Shown: piece by piece, positions 1-10,148 of the stretch
Numbering within the stretch: position 1 is the first letter of the stretch
Layout of the letters: each line of letters opens with the position of its first letter
Assembly: GCA_965217865.1 (NCBI GenBank)
Contig: CBDCJO010000002.1
Coordinates: forward strand, 4,768,001 to 4,832,000
DNA: 64,000 bases
Direction of reading: 5' to 3'
Source of the DNA: Candidatus Latescibacterota bacterium
Lineage (GTDB): Bacteria; Latescibacterota; UBA2968; SICM01
Program-made: the position numbers and the translations under genes
The notes under the pieces: model-generated
Seen by the model: only the letters and a program-made list of their open reading frames with translations
Databases searched by the model: none
What the model was told of the DNA's origin: nothing

Positions 1-587
1 TAAGGGGTGGACAGGTACCGGTCGGCGTATTGCTGCTGACCGGTGTGGCCGTCAGCGCCCTGACAACGGCGATCGTGTCTTTGATGATGATGATGGGTGA
101 TGAAAATCCGAGGACGATCATGTTCTGGCTTATGGGGAGTCTATCCTCTCGGGCCTGGATTCACGTATGGATGATGATCCCCTATTTTGTCGTGGGGATG
201 GTCATTTCCCTATTCTTCGCACGAGATTTAAACATTCTTCTTCTGGGCGAGGAGTCGGCGCGGCATCTGGGTGTCGAGGTGGAAAGGGTCAAGCGGGTGC
301 TTTTGATCTCGGCTGCGCTTCTGGCCTCTTCGTCCGTGGCTGCCGGCGGCATTATCGGGTTTGTCGGTCTTATCGTTCCACACGTCACCCGGATCATCGT
401 CGGGCCGGATCATCGTCGGCTGATCGCGGCGTCGGCTCTGTCGGGGGGGGCGTTAGTGCTCCTTGCGGACACGGTTGCCAGGATTGTGGCAGCCCCTGGA
501 GAAGTACCGATCGGGATCATCACCGCCCTTATCGGATGCCCTTTCTTCCTGTTTCTGCTTGCCAGAAGGAAAGAGACGGGATGGTAG
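1..587 (+). CDS. FecCD/BtuC-family iron-siderophore/cobalamin ABC permease (5' partial)
   Basis: FWLMGSLS, LLLGEESARHLGV (EAA loop), GIIGFVGLIVPH and EVPIGIITALIGCPFF motifs; frame is open to the window edge. Confidence 0.9.
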   Translation, partial: RGGQVPVGVLLLTGVAVSALTTAIVSLMMMMGDENPRTIMFWLMGSLSSRAWIHVWMMIPYFVVGMVISLFFARDLNILLLGEESARHLGVEVERVKRVLLISAALLASSSVAAGGIIGFVGLIVPHVTRIIVGPDHRRLIAASALSGGALVLLADTVARIVAAPGEVPIGIITALIGCPFFLFLLARRKETGW

Positions 588-753
588 GGGGGGAGGAAAT
601 TTCAAAGTGAAAAATGGAAAATGGAAAATGCAAAAAGTCAAGGGGTCGGAGGTCCGGAAATATTGAAGATTGAAGATTGAAAGGCCATCAAACGTGAGAC
701 GTGAAACGGGAATTAGCCGGTGGCAGCGACAAGAAAGGGAAGGCAGGGAAGGT

Positions 754-1110
754 CTATTCGGAGGCGGCGGGGGCGAGGGAAGCTTGCGGTTTTGAGGAAT
801 GACCGCCGATCGCTTTTCTAATCTGACGGATGCCTCTTTTGAGATGAGTGCGGACTGTGTTCTCGGAAATATTGAGAATCGAGGCAATTTCCGGCACAGT
901 CCTTCCCCGAAGGGTGAGGCTGATGACCTCGTAATTTTTCCCGAGGGCCATCGTTTCTATGACATCCCGGACCTGTGCGATGTGGATTCTCTTAGAGTCT
1001 GCGTCCCCAACGTCCGGGTCAGAAATTCCAATCCCCGCCCTTTCTTCCGTGAGGATGCGGACTTTTCGTCGTTGTTTTCGGGTTATTGTTTTGAATAGCA
1101 GGATTTCCAT
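754..1110 (-). CDS. Sigma-70 region-4/LuxR-type HTH protein
   Basis: GRTVPEIASILNISENTVRTHLKRG helix-turn-helix; AGGAG RBS upstream. Confidence 0.7.
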   Translation of the reverse strand: MEILLFKTITRKQRRKVRILTEERAGIGISDPDVGDADSKRIHIAQVRDVIETMALGKNYEVISLTLRGRTVPEIASILNISENTVRTHLKRGIRQIRKAIGGHSSKPQASLAPAASE

Positions 1111-1141
1111 GACTGCTCCTGTTTAGTGTATCGGAACTTAG

Positions 1142-2667
1142 CAGCCTGTTGAAAAAGTGCGTTTATGCCAAGATGACTATTGTCTTTCCTTGTGGTTTGG
1201 TCCTATGATATATCAGGTTCAAACTGAGAAGGGAGGACGAGCAAATGGCAATGGGAAAACGAGGCCGACAGAGACAGGAAAACCTGTTCATCGCATCGAA
1301 CACTTTGGTGAAATCTCCGGGTCATCCGTTCTACGAGAAGCTGAATCAGGTATTGGGGGCGAACGGCTTCGACGAGTTCGTCGAGGGGCTTTGCCAGCGG
1401 TATTACGCTCCTCATATGGGTCGCAAGGGCATTCCGCCCGGGGTTTATTTTCGGATGCTTTTGATTGGGTATTTCGAGGGACTTGATTCGGAACGTGGGA
1501 TCGAATGGCGTGTATCTGACTCGCTGACGTTGCGCCGGTTTTTGGGGTATGCCCTTGACGAACAGACCCCGGATCATTCCAGCCTGTCTCGCATCCGGCA
1601 TCGGCTTCCCTTGGAAGTTCACGAAGCGGTTTTCAAGTGGATCCTGAGGGTCTTGTGCAAAGCGGGTCTGGTGAAGGGGAAGACGTTGGGCGTGGATGCT
1701 ACGACACTGGAGGCCAACGCCGCGATGCGCAGCATTGTACGCCGTGACACGGGTGAAGGCTACCAGGCATTCCTTGAGAATCTGGCCAAGGCCTCGGGCA
1801 TTGAAACGCCTACCCGCGAGGACTTGTCCAAGATCGATAAGAAGCGACCGAAGAAGGGATCGAACCAGGACTGGGAGCACCCGCACGACCCGGATGCCAA
1901 GATCGCTAAGATGAAGGACGGTCGCACGCACATGGCGCACAAGGTGGAGCACGCGGTGGATCTGGACACCAATGCCATTGTGGCAGTGGCGTTGTCGGGA
2001 GCAGATGAAGGAGATACCGGGTCGTTGCCCTGGACGCTGCTCGAGGCGCAGCTCAATCTCAAGCAGGTCGCGAAGGACGAAAAAGCTGCCAAACGTTTGC
2101 ACAGACAGCGTATACGGGAGGTGGTTGCGGACAAAGGATATCATAGCAACGATGTATTGACCAGTCTGAAGCAAGGCGGCATCCGGAGTTACATTTCAGA
2201 ACCGGATCGGGGACGCCGCAAGTGGAACGGCCGACGAGATGAGCAGGCCGCGGTATATGCGAATCGACGCCGGATCAAGGGAGATCGCGGCAAGGCCTTG
2301 CGCCGAAGTCGTGCAGAACGGGTGGAAAGAACCATCGCTCACACATATGATACCGGTGGCATGCGCAGGTTGCACTTGAGAGACCGCGGCAATATCCTCA
2401 AGCGTTTGCTGATCCACATCGGGGGCTGCAACCTGGCTCTGCTCATGCGCAAAGTGATGGGCGTAGGTACTCCGAAGGCCCTCCAGGACCTGGCCAAGGC
2501 CTTGCAGCGTCTACTGCTCGTCCTACAATCACGTTTGCTGCCCTCGGTCACCTTTTTAACCTCTTATCAGCGTCTCCTGCTCAATCTCCTTACCTTGATT
2601 TATCTGACCCGCACTCCAGGCGTCTTTTCCGTTTATGTGCGTTGAAAGGTAGTTCTTCAACGGGCTG
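1142..2667 (+). mobile_element. IS5/IS1182-like insertion sequence, copy 1 (1526 bp)
   Basis: Terminal IRs CAGCCTGTTGAA / TTCAACGGGCTG; TTAG duplicated at 1138-1141 and 2668-2671. Confidence 0.95.
1245..2645 (+). CDS. DDE transposase (DUF772-type N-terminus), copy 1, with frameshifted C-terminal tail
   Basis: PDHSSLSRIR, VDATT, VADKGY and VERTIAH motifs; lacks one C near 2533 relative to copies 2 and 3. Confidence 0.93.
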   Translation: MAMGKRGRQRQENLFIASNTLVKSPGHPFYEKLNQVLGANGFDEFVEGLCQRYYAPHMGRKGIPPGVYFRMLLIGYFEGLDSERGIEWRVSDSLTLRRFLGYALDEQTPDHSSLSRIRHRLPLEVHEAVFKWILRVLCKAGLVKGKTLGVDATTLEANAAMRSIVRRDTGEGYQAFLENLAKASGIETPTREDLSKIDKKRPKKGSNQDWEHPHDPDAKIAKMKDGRTHMAHKVEHAVDLDTNAIVAVALSGADEGDTGSLPWTLLEAQLNLKQVAKDEKAAKRLHRQRIREVVADKGYHSNDVLTSLKQGGIRSYISEPDRGRRKWNGRRDEQAAVYANRRRIKGDRGKALRRSRAERVERTIAHTYDTGGMRRLHLRDRGNILKRLLIHIGGCNLALLMRKVMGVGTPKALQDLAKALQRLLLVLQSRLLPSVTFLTSYQRLLLNLLTLIYLTRTPGVFSVYVR

Positions 2668-2805
2668 TTAGCGCCAAATGTAGCACTTTCGGCCAGTTTT
2701 GGCAAGTGAAAACTGGCATATCGGAGATGTCCGGGACCGTCTTAAGGGCTTTTAAGACGTCTTGGAAACCAGCTTATAATTACCGGGAATTCGATTAGGG
2801 ACCTT

Positions 2806-2979
2806 ATGGGAAAACGAGACTTCGTCGGCGTGATGTTTGAATGTTGTAATATCTACTCCCGGGTCTACATCGATAAGGATCGAAAGGCTTATACGGCAAG
2901 GTGTCCACGCTGCGGGCGTCCCATCCACATCAAGATCTCTCCCGACGGGTCCGATAGCCGATTCTTCGCGGTTCGATAG
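2806..2979 (+). CDS. 57-aa putative Zn-binding protein (not in the ORF track)
   Basis: Manual translation MGKRDFVGVMFECCNIYSRVYIDKDRKAYTARCPRCGRPIHIKISPDGSDSRFFAVR*; CC and CPRC motifs; TATAAT at 2775-2780. Confidence 0.75.
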   Translation: MGKRDFVGVMFECCNIYSRVYIDKDRKAYTARCPRCGRPIHIKISPDGSDSRFFAVR

Positions 2980-3014
2980 GACGAGCAGTTTTATAGCTGG
3001 AAGGAATCGAAATT

Positions 3015-4298
3015 GTGAGATCGTGGGCCCTGATTTTCGTAGTGTGCACCGTCGCCATGCTGTCGAGTCGGGGTCTGGTTTATCCCGTGAACTCAAGGGT
3101 CGCGGGGGAGAGCCACACGCCCAAACCTGAGAGTTTTTTTTCTCCGGAACAGATCCATCGGGGGAAGACCTACCGGAATGAAAATAGAATTGCCTTTATT
3201 TTCGGAGTTTTGATCCGGTTGTCAGCCATGGCGATCCTGCTGGCCACGAGGTTGGGTGTATTGCTTCGGGACCGGTTGTCGCAGATTTGTGGACATCGCC
3301 CGGTGGTTACCGCGTCGCTCCTGCTACCCTTCATCCTGATCCTTAACTCGGCGATCTCTTTTCCGGTTTCTTTATACAGCGGGTATTTCCACGAACACAC
3401 TTACGGCATGTCGACCCAGGGGCTTGCAGGTTGGTTCCTGGATTACGGGAAATCTTTCCTCGTCCATCTTGTCGTTATTGTCCCGATTGGACTGGGTCTC
3501 CGGGTACTGATCCAGCGATTTCCTCGAACATGGTGGCTTTCTGCCTGGTTGGGGTTCGGGGTTGCCTTAATCCTGCTGGTTCACCTGGCTCCGCTTGTGA
3601 TCGACCCGCTCTTCCACTCGTTTAAACCGCTTCAGGATCAGACCCTGAATCAGCGTGCATTGGAACTGGCAAAACGGGCGAACCTGGAAGTTGAAGCGAT
3701 TCTTGAAATGGATGCCAGTCGCCGGACGCGACACCGAAATGCATATTTTACGGGTCTGGGCAACTCCAAACGGATCGTCCTCTACGATACGCTCCTACAG
3801 GAATCGACGGTGGAAGAGGCCGAGCTTATTCTTGCCCACGAGATCGGTCACTGGAAGCATCGCCATATCTGGAAAGGGATTGGTTTAGGCTTCGCGGGGA
3901 GCCTGATCCTCCTTTTCATCGCACATCGCACCCTCGAATGGGCAATCATCGGAGGTCGATTCGGTATTTCCAAAAAGGAAGATCCACTGGCCCTGGTGCT
4001 GATCCTCCTCCTGGTGACGGGCCTCAACTTCTTAAGCATGCCGATACAAAACGCTATCTCTCGTTCTTTCGAGCGAGAGGCTGACGAAGCCTCACTTGTA
4101 TTGACTCGTCAACCCGACGTTTTTATTAAGGCGGAAAAAAACCTGGCAATTTCGAATCTTACATACGTAAATCCTTGGTGGGGAAACTACATGATGTTCT
4201 ACTCCCACCCCACTACGATGGAGCGGATCGAGATGGCATTAAACTTCAAGAAAGAGGAACCAGGTGCTGATGGCGAGCGATTGGATGTTAAGGAGTGA
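3015..4298 (+). CDS. M48-family (Ste24/CAAX-type) membrane zinc metalloprotease
   Basis: NAYFTGLG, LAHEIGH, FEREAD and YSHPTTMERI motifs; several TM segments. Confidence 0.93.
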   Translation: MRSWALIFVVCTVAMLSSRGLVYPVNSRVAGESHTPKPESFFSPEQIHRGKTYRNENRIAFIFGVLIRLSAMAILLATRLGVLLRDRLSQICGHRPVVTASLLLPFILILNSAISFPVSLYSGYFHEHTYGMSTQGLAGWFLDYGKSFLVHLVVIVPIGLGLRVLIQRFPRTWWLSAWLGFGVALILLVHLAPLVIDPLFHSFKPLQDQTLNQRALELAKRANLEVEAILEMDASRRTRHRNAYFTGLGNSKRIVLYDTLLQESTVEEAELILAHEIGHWKHRHIWKGIGLGFAGSLILLFIAHRTLEWAIIGGRFGISKKEDPLALVLILLLVTGLNFLSMPIQNAISRSFEREADEASLVLTRQPDVFIKAEKNLAISNLTYVNPWWGNYMMFYSHPTTMERIEMALNFKKEEPGADGERLDVKE

Positions 4299-4303
4299 AT
4301 TCC

Positions 4304-5251
4304 ATGAAAGTTCTACTCTGTCCTGGGATAAGAGAGGACCTGTTCGAGCAGGTGAAGGCTGTTTCCCCGACCTTGGATGTGGTCATGAGGAAAGAGGAGA
4401 ATGCGGTGAGGGAAGCGAAGGATGCCGAGATTCTATTCGGATCCTACAACGATGAGATTTTGGATGCAGCGGAGCAGCTGAAGTGGATCCAGTCCAGCTC
4501 TGCCGGAATGGATGGAAGGATATCTCAGGAACTGATGGAAAATGATATTATCCTATGCAACGCCAGTGGGCTGCACGCGCCTCAGGTGGCTGAGCATGCG
4601 TGGGCGCTTACCCTTGGACTATGCCGGGGAATTCCGAAATATCTCCGAAACCAAGCAGATCGGGTCTGGAAAGGCGAGGATCTCACGGATCTTCTCGGCT
4701 CTGTGGCCGGGATCATCGGGTTTGGGGGGATCGGGAGGGAGTATGCAAAACGTGCGCATGCATTCGACATGAGGATCCTTGCGATAGACGCGCATGTAAA
4801 GGAAAAGCCTGATTATGTTGAAAGCCTCTGGGGGTTGGAGATGATCGATCAGTTGGTCGGGATGTCCGATGTTTTGTTCATTGCAGTGCCGTATACTAAG
4901 GAGACCGAAAAGCTGATCGGTTCTGCGCGTCTGTCGATGATGAAGCGAACCGCTTTCCTGGTCAACACGGCGCGCGGGCCCATCGTGGACCAAAAGGCTC
5001 TTGTTGAAGCGTTGAAGGCCAACCGAATCGCGGGAGCCGGACTCGACGTATTCCAAGAAGAACCTCTTCCTGAAGACAATGATTTATGGGCCTTGGAAAA
5101 TGTGATTGTCACTCCGCATGTCGCTGGGAGTTCTGCCCTTCGGCCCAAACGCGTGATCGACTTTTTTTGTGAAAATCTGAGACGCTACTTGGCGGGCATG
5201 CCGTTTAAGAATGTGGTGGACAAGAAGTTGGGCTATCCGTTGGGCAATTGA
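4304..5251 (+). CDS. D-2-hydroxyacid dehydrogenase
   Basis: GFGGIG, VNTARGPIVD, GAGLDVF and TPHVAG motifs. Confidence 0.93.
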   Translation: MKVLLCPGIREDLFEQVKAVSPTLDVVMRKEENAVREAKDAEILFGSYNDEILDAAEQLKWIQSSSAGMDGRISQELMENDIILCNASGLHAPQVAEHAWALTLGLCRGIPKYLRNQADRVWKGEDLTDLLGSVAGIIGFGGIGREYAKRAHAFDMRILAIDAHVKEKPDYVESLWGLEMIDQLVGMSDVLFIAVPYTKETEKLIGSARLSMMKRTAFLVNTARGPIVDQKALVEALKANRIAGAGLDVFQEEPLPEDNDLWALENVIVTPHVAGSSALRPKRVIDFFCENLRRYLAGMPFKNVVDKKLGYPLGN

Positions 5252-5373
5252 AAGCGAAAGCATCATCGAAAAAACCAGGAATTTTGGGCGACTTCCAAGA
5301 ACCAGATATCAAATTGAATCAACGACAGAGTTGAAAGAATCCATGTCCCCTTTCTTTTTCCAGGAGATGTCGA

Positions 5374-6117
5374 ATGAAACATATCGCGGGTCTTCTGATG
5401 ATCGGATTGATCTTTACCACTTCGGGAATCGCTGTCTCTGAAGAGACCAAGGTATCCGCGGAAGCAGGCTTGGATGCGTATTCGCAATACGTTTGGAGAG
5501 GTCAAAACCTTGCGGACAAGTTTTCGCTTCAGCCGAGTGTGACATTCGGGTTTGGAGAGACGGGGGTATCATTCAACGTGTGGGGGTCCCTTGCGGTTCA
5601 GGACCGCGGCACGCCAAACAATCTGGACAAGGCGGACGAGCTCGATTTTACGGTTGGTTTCGATCGGACCCTGAATGACGAGAGCGGGGTTGGGATCTCT
5701 TTGGGGTTCATTCAATACACGTTTCCTAATGCGGTTTCTGGCTCCCAGCATTCGGAGGAGTTCTATGGTGGCATCAGTGTTGGCAACCTGGCTGCACCGA
5801 GTCTCACGGTTTATCACGACTTCGGGCTTATCGATGCAACATATCTCTCCCTGGGCATCTCGCCAGAAATTCCGCTGGATCAGGAAGGCCTTGCCAGCTT
5901 AAGCATCGGGATAAACCTTGCGTTCAGTAACTATAGTGGGACAGGGAATAAAGAATTTGGGTTTAACGACTTCACCATCTCTTCGGCGGTAAGCTTCGGT
6001 GCAGGGACTTTCTCCATCAGTCCGGTTTTTGGTTACAGTTATGGCGATGATCGAATTATCACGAAAGCGGACAACGGTGAAGTCTGGGGAGGAATCAATA
6101 TCGGCATCAGCAACTGA
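5374..6117 (+). CDS. Putative outer-membrane beta-barrel protein (TorF/TIGR02001-like)
   Basis: Signal peptide; YSQYVWRG, LQPSV and ELDFTVG motifs; alternating beta-strand pattern. Confidence 0.7.
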   Translation: MKHIAGLLMIGLIFTTSGIAVSEETKVSAEAGLDAYSQYVWRGQNLADKFSLQPSVTFGFGETGVSFNVWGSLAVQDRGTPNNLDKADELDFTVGFDRTLNDESGVGISLGFIQYTFPNAVSGSQHSEEFYGGISVGNLAAPSLTVYHDFGLIDATYLSLGISPEIPLDQEGLASLSIGINLAFSNYSGTGNKEFGFNDFTISSAVSFGAGTFSISPVFGYSYGDDRIITKADNGEVWGGINIGISN

Positions 6118-6302
6118 GATCCTGATATTCCTGGATCTCATCCCGCTCGAGATGGGGGGATTGGCCAATGTTTAAATGAAGGATTGTTTTCGGGATCATC
6201 GGGGGGGTCTCAATTGAAAAGGCGCGGTTTTCGCGCCTTTTGTGCTTTACAGGCCTGGGATTATCTCGTATCATATCCGGACTCAGAGGAGCTCTGAACA
6301 AA

Positions 6303-8885
6303 ATGAGAGAGATATTCGTCGTTCCCTTTTCCAACTTCATCCTTCACGGTCTGGGTAGGCGGGAGGAATGTCTTTCCCGCGGGTCATATATCATTTCCAG
6401 CGTTTTGGAATTGATCGATCGAGATCTCGAATTCCGTTTTACCATAGGGAATGTGGCCTTCGTAGATTATTATCTCTCCTGCCATCCGGAACAGAAGGAC
6501 AGGTTCGTTCGGCAAATTCAAAGAGGGGCAATCGAGGTCGGACCGGAGTGGACAGAGATTCCTCAGAACATGCAGATCGGTGAGGATATTGTTCGGAACC
6601 TCATGTACGGCCAACGTTATTTAAAAGAGATTTCCGGGTCTGTGAACCGAACGGTGGTTCCGGTCGACCTGACGGGGTGGACGTCCCAGTTTCCTCAAAT
6701 TGCGAAACAGTGCGGGATAGAATGGATGGTCTGGCAACGGATGGGGCCTGAAGGTGTGGGTCTTTTCCGATGGCAAGGGATCGATGGCAGTCGGCTCCTG
6801 ATCCGGCACTCCGAGGCAGGTTCCCGCACGTTGTGGCAGCTTGTGGACGGGATTCGTTCAAAATCCGGGGAAAACCTGGAGACATTCCAAGAGGTTGTAA
6901 ACAAAGGTTCGTCCCCGGCCATGGTCTATTGGGGGATGGACCTGACGGCTCCGACGGAAAACCAGATTGAAAAGCTAAAGGCATGGTGTGAGGATCATAA
7001 CTTCCGCCCGGCGATGGTCACGCCTAGCCATACTTTCGGCGGATTTGACGGCGAAGACGACCTTCCGACATTCGAAGGGGAAGTTCCTTCGGCGCGTCCT
7101 TTCACCGAGGCGATCTTTCCAGGAATTGTTCCGTTGAATGTGCCGGCCGTCCATCGATTGGCGGCGGCGGAGAAATTCACGACTGCAGCTCATCTCTTGG
7201 CGGGGCACGCTTATCCGGCAGTTCAGTTCAGGGAGTTCTGGCTGAAGCTCCTTGAGGCCATGGACCATCATTACGGTGCTACGGGAGGAGGGGACACAGA
7301 TAAGCGAAAGGCTCGCACCCAGCGGTGCGTGATATGGTGGGCGGAGGATGTGATCCGCTCCGCCACCCGCACCATTGCGGAGCGGGTGAAATTTCCTGCG
7401 GAGCCCCGGGGGGCACTTCCGATCGTGGTGTTCAACCCGACTTCCTGGACGCGGACGGATGTTGTGACCGTTCACGTGTCGTTTTACGGGCTCGAGGACC
7501 CATCGAAAGTTCCCTTCGATATGTATACTATCGTCGATGCCGAACGCCGGAAGCTTCCGTTTCAGGATATCGCCGTTGAGCGGATCTCGACGACTGAAAT
7601 CGATCTGGTTTTCGAGGCGGAGGACGTTCCTCCGGACGGATATGCTACCTTTTATCTCCTCCCGTCTGAACAAGAAACCACGGCTTTGTTGGGAATTCAG
7701 GCTCCGGGCTTGATGGCCCCCGGGGAGGATGAGCCGAAATTCGTCATTCAGGAGGTCTCCACTTCCGTATCCGCCCCTTACCGGGGGATACGTACGGAAC
7801 GGACCTTTTCCAACGATTTCTATGATTTAACGATTGACGAAGTCACGGGCTTCGTCCGCGTGCGTGACCGGAGGCTGAACCGAATCATTTTCGATGGCCT
7901 GCGAATCAGGGGCGAGGAAGAGTCTCTAAACCGTGGTTATTTCCAGTACGATCCCACAGGTCGGGTGTTTGAGCTTTCGGTAGAACGGGTTGACTTGATC
8001 GAGAGCGGAGAGGTGCTGGCCACCGTACTTGTGGAAGGGCGCCTCTTGACTTCGCCGGTCGAACTGCGGTTCACGCTTTATCGGAGTCTCGACCGAATCG
8101 ATCTCGAGGTGAGGCTTGCGTGGCAGGATGAACGGCCGATGAGGGTTCAATTGGAATTCCCAACGGAGGGCGAAGGACCCCAAAAGATCCACTATGGGAG
8201 CCCTTATGGGATGAATGCTTTAGAGGCGCTTGTTCCACGGTGCAGTCCGAAAAGAGATGATGAGCTGGAGAAAAAGAGTTGGGAGAAGCAACGAGAGTGC
8301 GCGGGTTGGATATCGGTAGACCAAGGGGCATGGGGATTTGTAATCGCTTCGGATCGGCGGTCCTATGAGGTAGATGAGGGATATTTGCGAGGGGAACTCC
8401 TCAGGTCGATCCCCGCCGAGGAATCCCGAGATTATCGGCTCGTTTGGAAGACCTATCCCCGGGAAATACGGGCAAACTATTCTTTGAGATCCTATCCCGG
8501 CAATTTTCGGTCCGCAAGTGTTTGGCGAGATGGATGGGGCCTCAACAATCCACTGAACGGGCAGAGCGTGGCCGATACGGCAACGCCCAAATCCCTTCCG
8601 GCCAAGATGAGTTTTTTTAAGGTATATCCCCTGGATGGTGGGACACCTGAAGAGCGCATCATTGTGCCGGTTCTCAAGCGCGCGGAGGATGACGATAGCG
8701 TGATCGTCAGGGCCTTCGAACCGGCCGGTGAGGCCCTGGAAGGGAGACTGGGGTTGTGTGAAAGAACCTTCGTTGGCTATGAGACCAATATGTTGGAGGA
8801 GAAGATCGGAGACATCGACCCTGAGAGGGTCGGGTTTCGCCCGTTCGAAATCAAGACGTTTAAGTTAAACCCCTCGGAGGGTTGA
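6303..8885 (+). CDS. GH38 (alpha-mannosidase-like) protein, atypical
   Basis: GEDIVRNLMYGQ, DLTGWTSQFPQI, FRWQGIDGS, VVFNPTSWTR, LKRAEDD and FRPFEIKTF motifs. Confidence 0.8.
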   Translation: MREIFVVPFSNFILHGLGRREECLSRGSYIISSVLELIDRDLEFRFTIGNVAFVDYYLSCHPEQKDRFVRQIQRGAIEVGPEWTEIPQNMQIGEDIVRNLMYGQRYLKEISGSVNRTVVPVDLTGWTSQFPQIAKQCGIEWMVWQRMGPEGVGLFRWQGIDGSRLLIRHSEAGSRTLWQLVDGIRSKSGENLETFQEVVNKGSSPAMVYWGMDLTAPTENQIEKLKAWCEDHNFRPAMVTPSHTFGGFDGEDDLPTFEGEVPSARPFTEAIFPGIVPLNVPAVHRLAAAEKFTTAAHLLAGHAYPAVQFREFWLKLLEAMDHHYGATGGGDTDKRKARTQRCVIWWAEDVIRSATRTIAERVKFPAEPRGALPIVVFNPTSWTRTDVVTVHVSFYGLEDPSKVPFDMYTIVDAERRKLPFQDIAVERISTTEIDLVFEAEDVPPDGYATFYLLPSEQETTALLGIQAPGLMAPGEDEPKFVIQEVSTSVSAPYRGIRTERTFSNDFYDLTIDEVTGFVRVRDRRLNRIIFDGLRIRGEEESLNRGYFQYDPTGRVFELSVERVDLIESGEVLATVLVEGRLLTSPVELRFTLYRSLDRIDLEVRLAWQDERPMRVQLEFPTEGEGPQKIHYGSPYGMNALEALVPRCSPKRDDELEKKSWEKQRECAGWISVDQGAWGFVIASDRRSYEVDEGYLRGELLRSIPAEESRDYRLVWKTYPREIRANYSLRSYPGNFRSASVWRDGWGLNNPLNGQSVADTATPKSLPAKMSFFKVYPLDGGTPEERIIVPVLKRAEDDDSVIVRAFEPAGEALEGRLGLCERTFVGYETNMLEEKIGDIDPERVGFRPFEIKTFKLNPSEG

Positions 8886-8908
8886 ATTCATACTGGAAGG
8901 AGACGATC

Positions 8909-9241
8909 ATGCCCAAGGTGACGTTTAAGAACTGGAACAAGACGGTGGAATGTGCGGAGGGCACAAACCTGAGGCGGCTTGCCCGGGAGCAGGGAATTCC
9001 GCTGTACAACGGCGCTTCAAAATTATTCAACTGCCGGGGCCATGGCATGTGCGGGACTTGCTGCGTGGAAGTTATACCAGAGGAAAAGGTGGGGCCCAAG
9101 CAGTATATGGAAGTCCTGCGTTTCTTTCAAATCAAGGGAAATTTCCGCCTCGCGTGCCAGTCGGATGTTCGGGGAGACATCGAGGTGATCAAGCACGAGG
9201 GCCTCTATGGGACCGGAAAGGGGCTGGTTCAAGGGGACTGA
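8909..9241 (+). CDS. 2Fe-2S ferredoxin
   Basis: CRGHGMCGTC...RLACQ; AAGGAG RBS. Confidence 0.9.
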   Translation: MPKVTFKNWNKTVECAEGTNLRRLAREQGIPLYNGASKLFNCRGHGMCGTCCVEVIPEEKVGPKQYMEVLRFFQIKGNFRLACQSDVRGDIEVIKHEGLYGTGKGLVQGD

Positions 9242-9293
9242 GAAGCAAGACGTAACCCGGACAAGGATTCCCCGAGCCGTTGGATCGTTAACG

Positions 9294-9626
9294 ATGAACG
9301 ATAAAGGCCTACACAATCTTTTTGTCTACGGGACGCTCCTGGACGACGGTCTGCTGAGGAGATTGGTGGGGAGGACATTTCCGAAAGTGACGGGGAAACT
9401 TGAGGGATATTTTCGAGTCGAGGAGAAGCCGGGATTTCCCTATCCATCAATAAAGGCTCAAGCGGGGGCTTTTTTAGAGGGGATGGTGCTGATGGGCATC
9501 CGTGGAGAGAACCTCTTCCATCTGGACGCCTATGAGGGAAGGGCTTATGAAAGGATCGAGGTGAAGGTCCACACAGATCGTGGGTTTTGCGAAGCGTGGG
9601 TCTATGCCGGGATTTCTGAGGGATGA
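9294..9626 (+). CDS. Gamma-glutamylcyclotransferase (AIG2-like)
   Basis: LFVYGTL, LDAYEG and AWVY motifs. Confidence 0.88.
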   Translation: MNDKGLHNLFVYGTLLDDGLLRRLVGRTFPKVTGKLEGYFRVEEKPGFPYPSIKAQAGAFLEGMVLMGIRGENLFHLDAYEGRAYERIEVKVHTDRGFCEAWVYAGISEG

Positions 9627-9653
9627 GAAAACGAAACAAACTTGATTTTTCAG

Positions 9654-9887
9654 CTACCCTTCCCCTTCTGACTCTTCTGATTGGGCTTCTTCAACCCTGA
9701 AGAGTTCCGTAATCCTAATCGCCAGGTTGTCTCCAACCACCACAACTTCTCCTCTCCCGAACAGCTGATTGTTCACAAGGATTTCCATCGGGTTGCCAGA
9801 GAGTTTTTCGGTTTCCAGAATCGATCCCTCCTTGAGATCCAACACCTCCTTAACGTTCAGGTTAATCCTTCCCAGTTCGATGGACAC
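9654..9887 (-). CDS. fliN: FliN/FliM C-terminal (SpoA) domain protein; start uncertain, frame is open upstream
   Basis: SIELGR...LDLKEGSIL...ILVNNQLFGRGEVVVVGDNLAIRITE. Confidence 0.8.
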   Translation of the reverse strand: MSIELGRINLNVKEVLDLKEGSILETEKLSGNPMEILVNNQLFGRGEVVVVGDNLAIRITELFRVEEAQSEESEGEG

Positions 9888-10148
9888 GTTCAGGTTTACG
9901 TTGTCGTATTCGTCGATCGGCTTGGGTTGGTCCTCAGTTTCTTTGGGAATTATATACTTGACAAAGGCTATTTGCTTTATCCAAAAATGTTGAGTTTTTT
10001 GCGAAAGTCTCGCAGAATGCCCCGTCCCTTGGCCGGAGATCGTCCGATTCGAGCGATTTCTTTACCTGATTTTTGATGTCCTGTTTCTATATTTGTCGGC
10101 ATGGGGACTGCCAACAGATTGTTTGAGTAGACAGAGCCTTCATCACTA

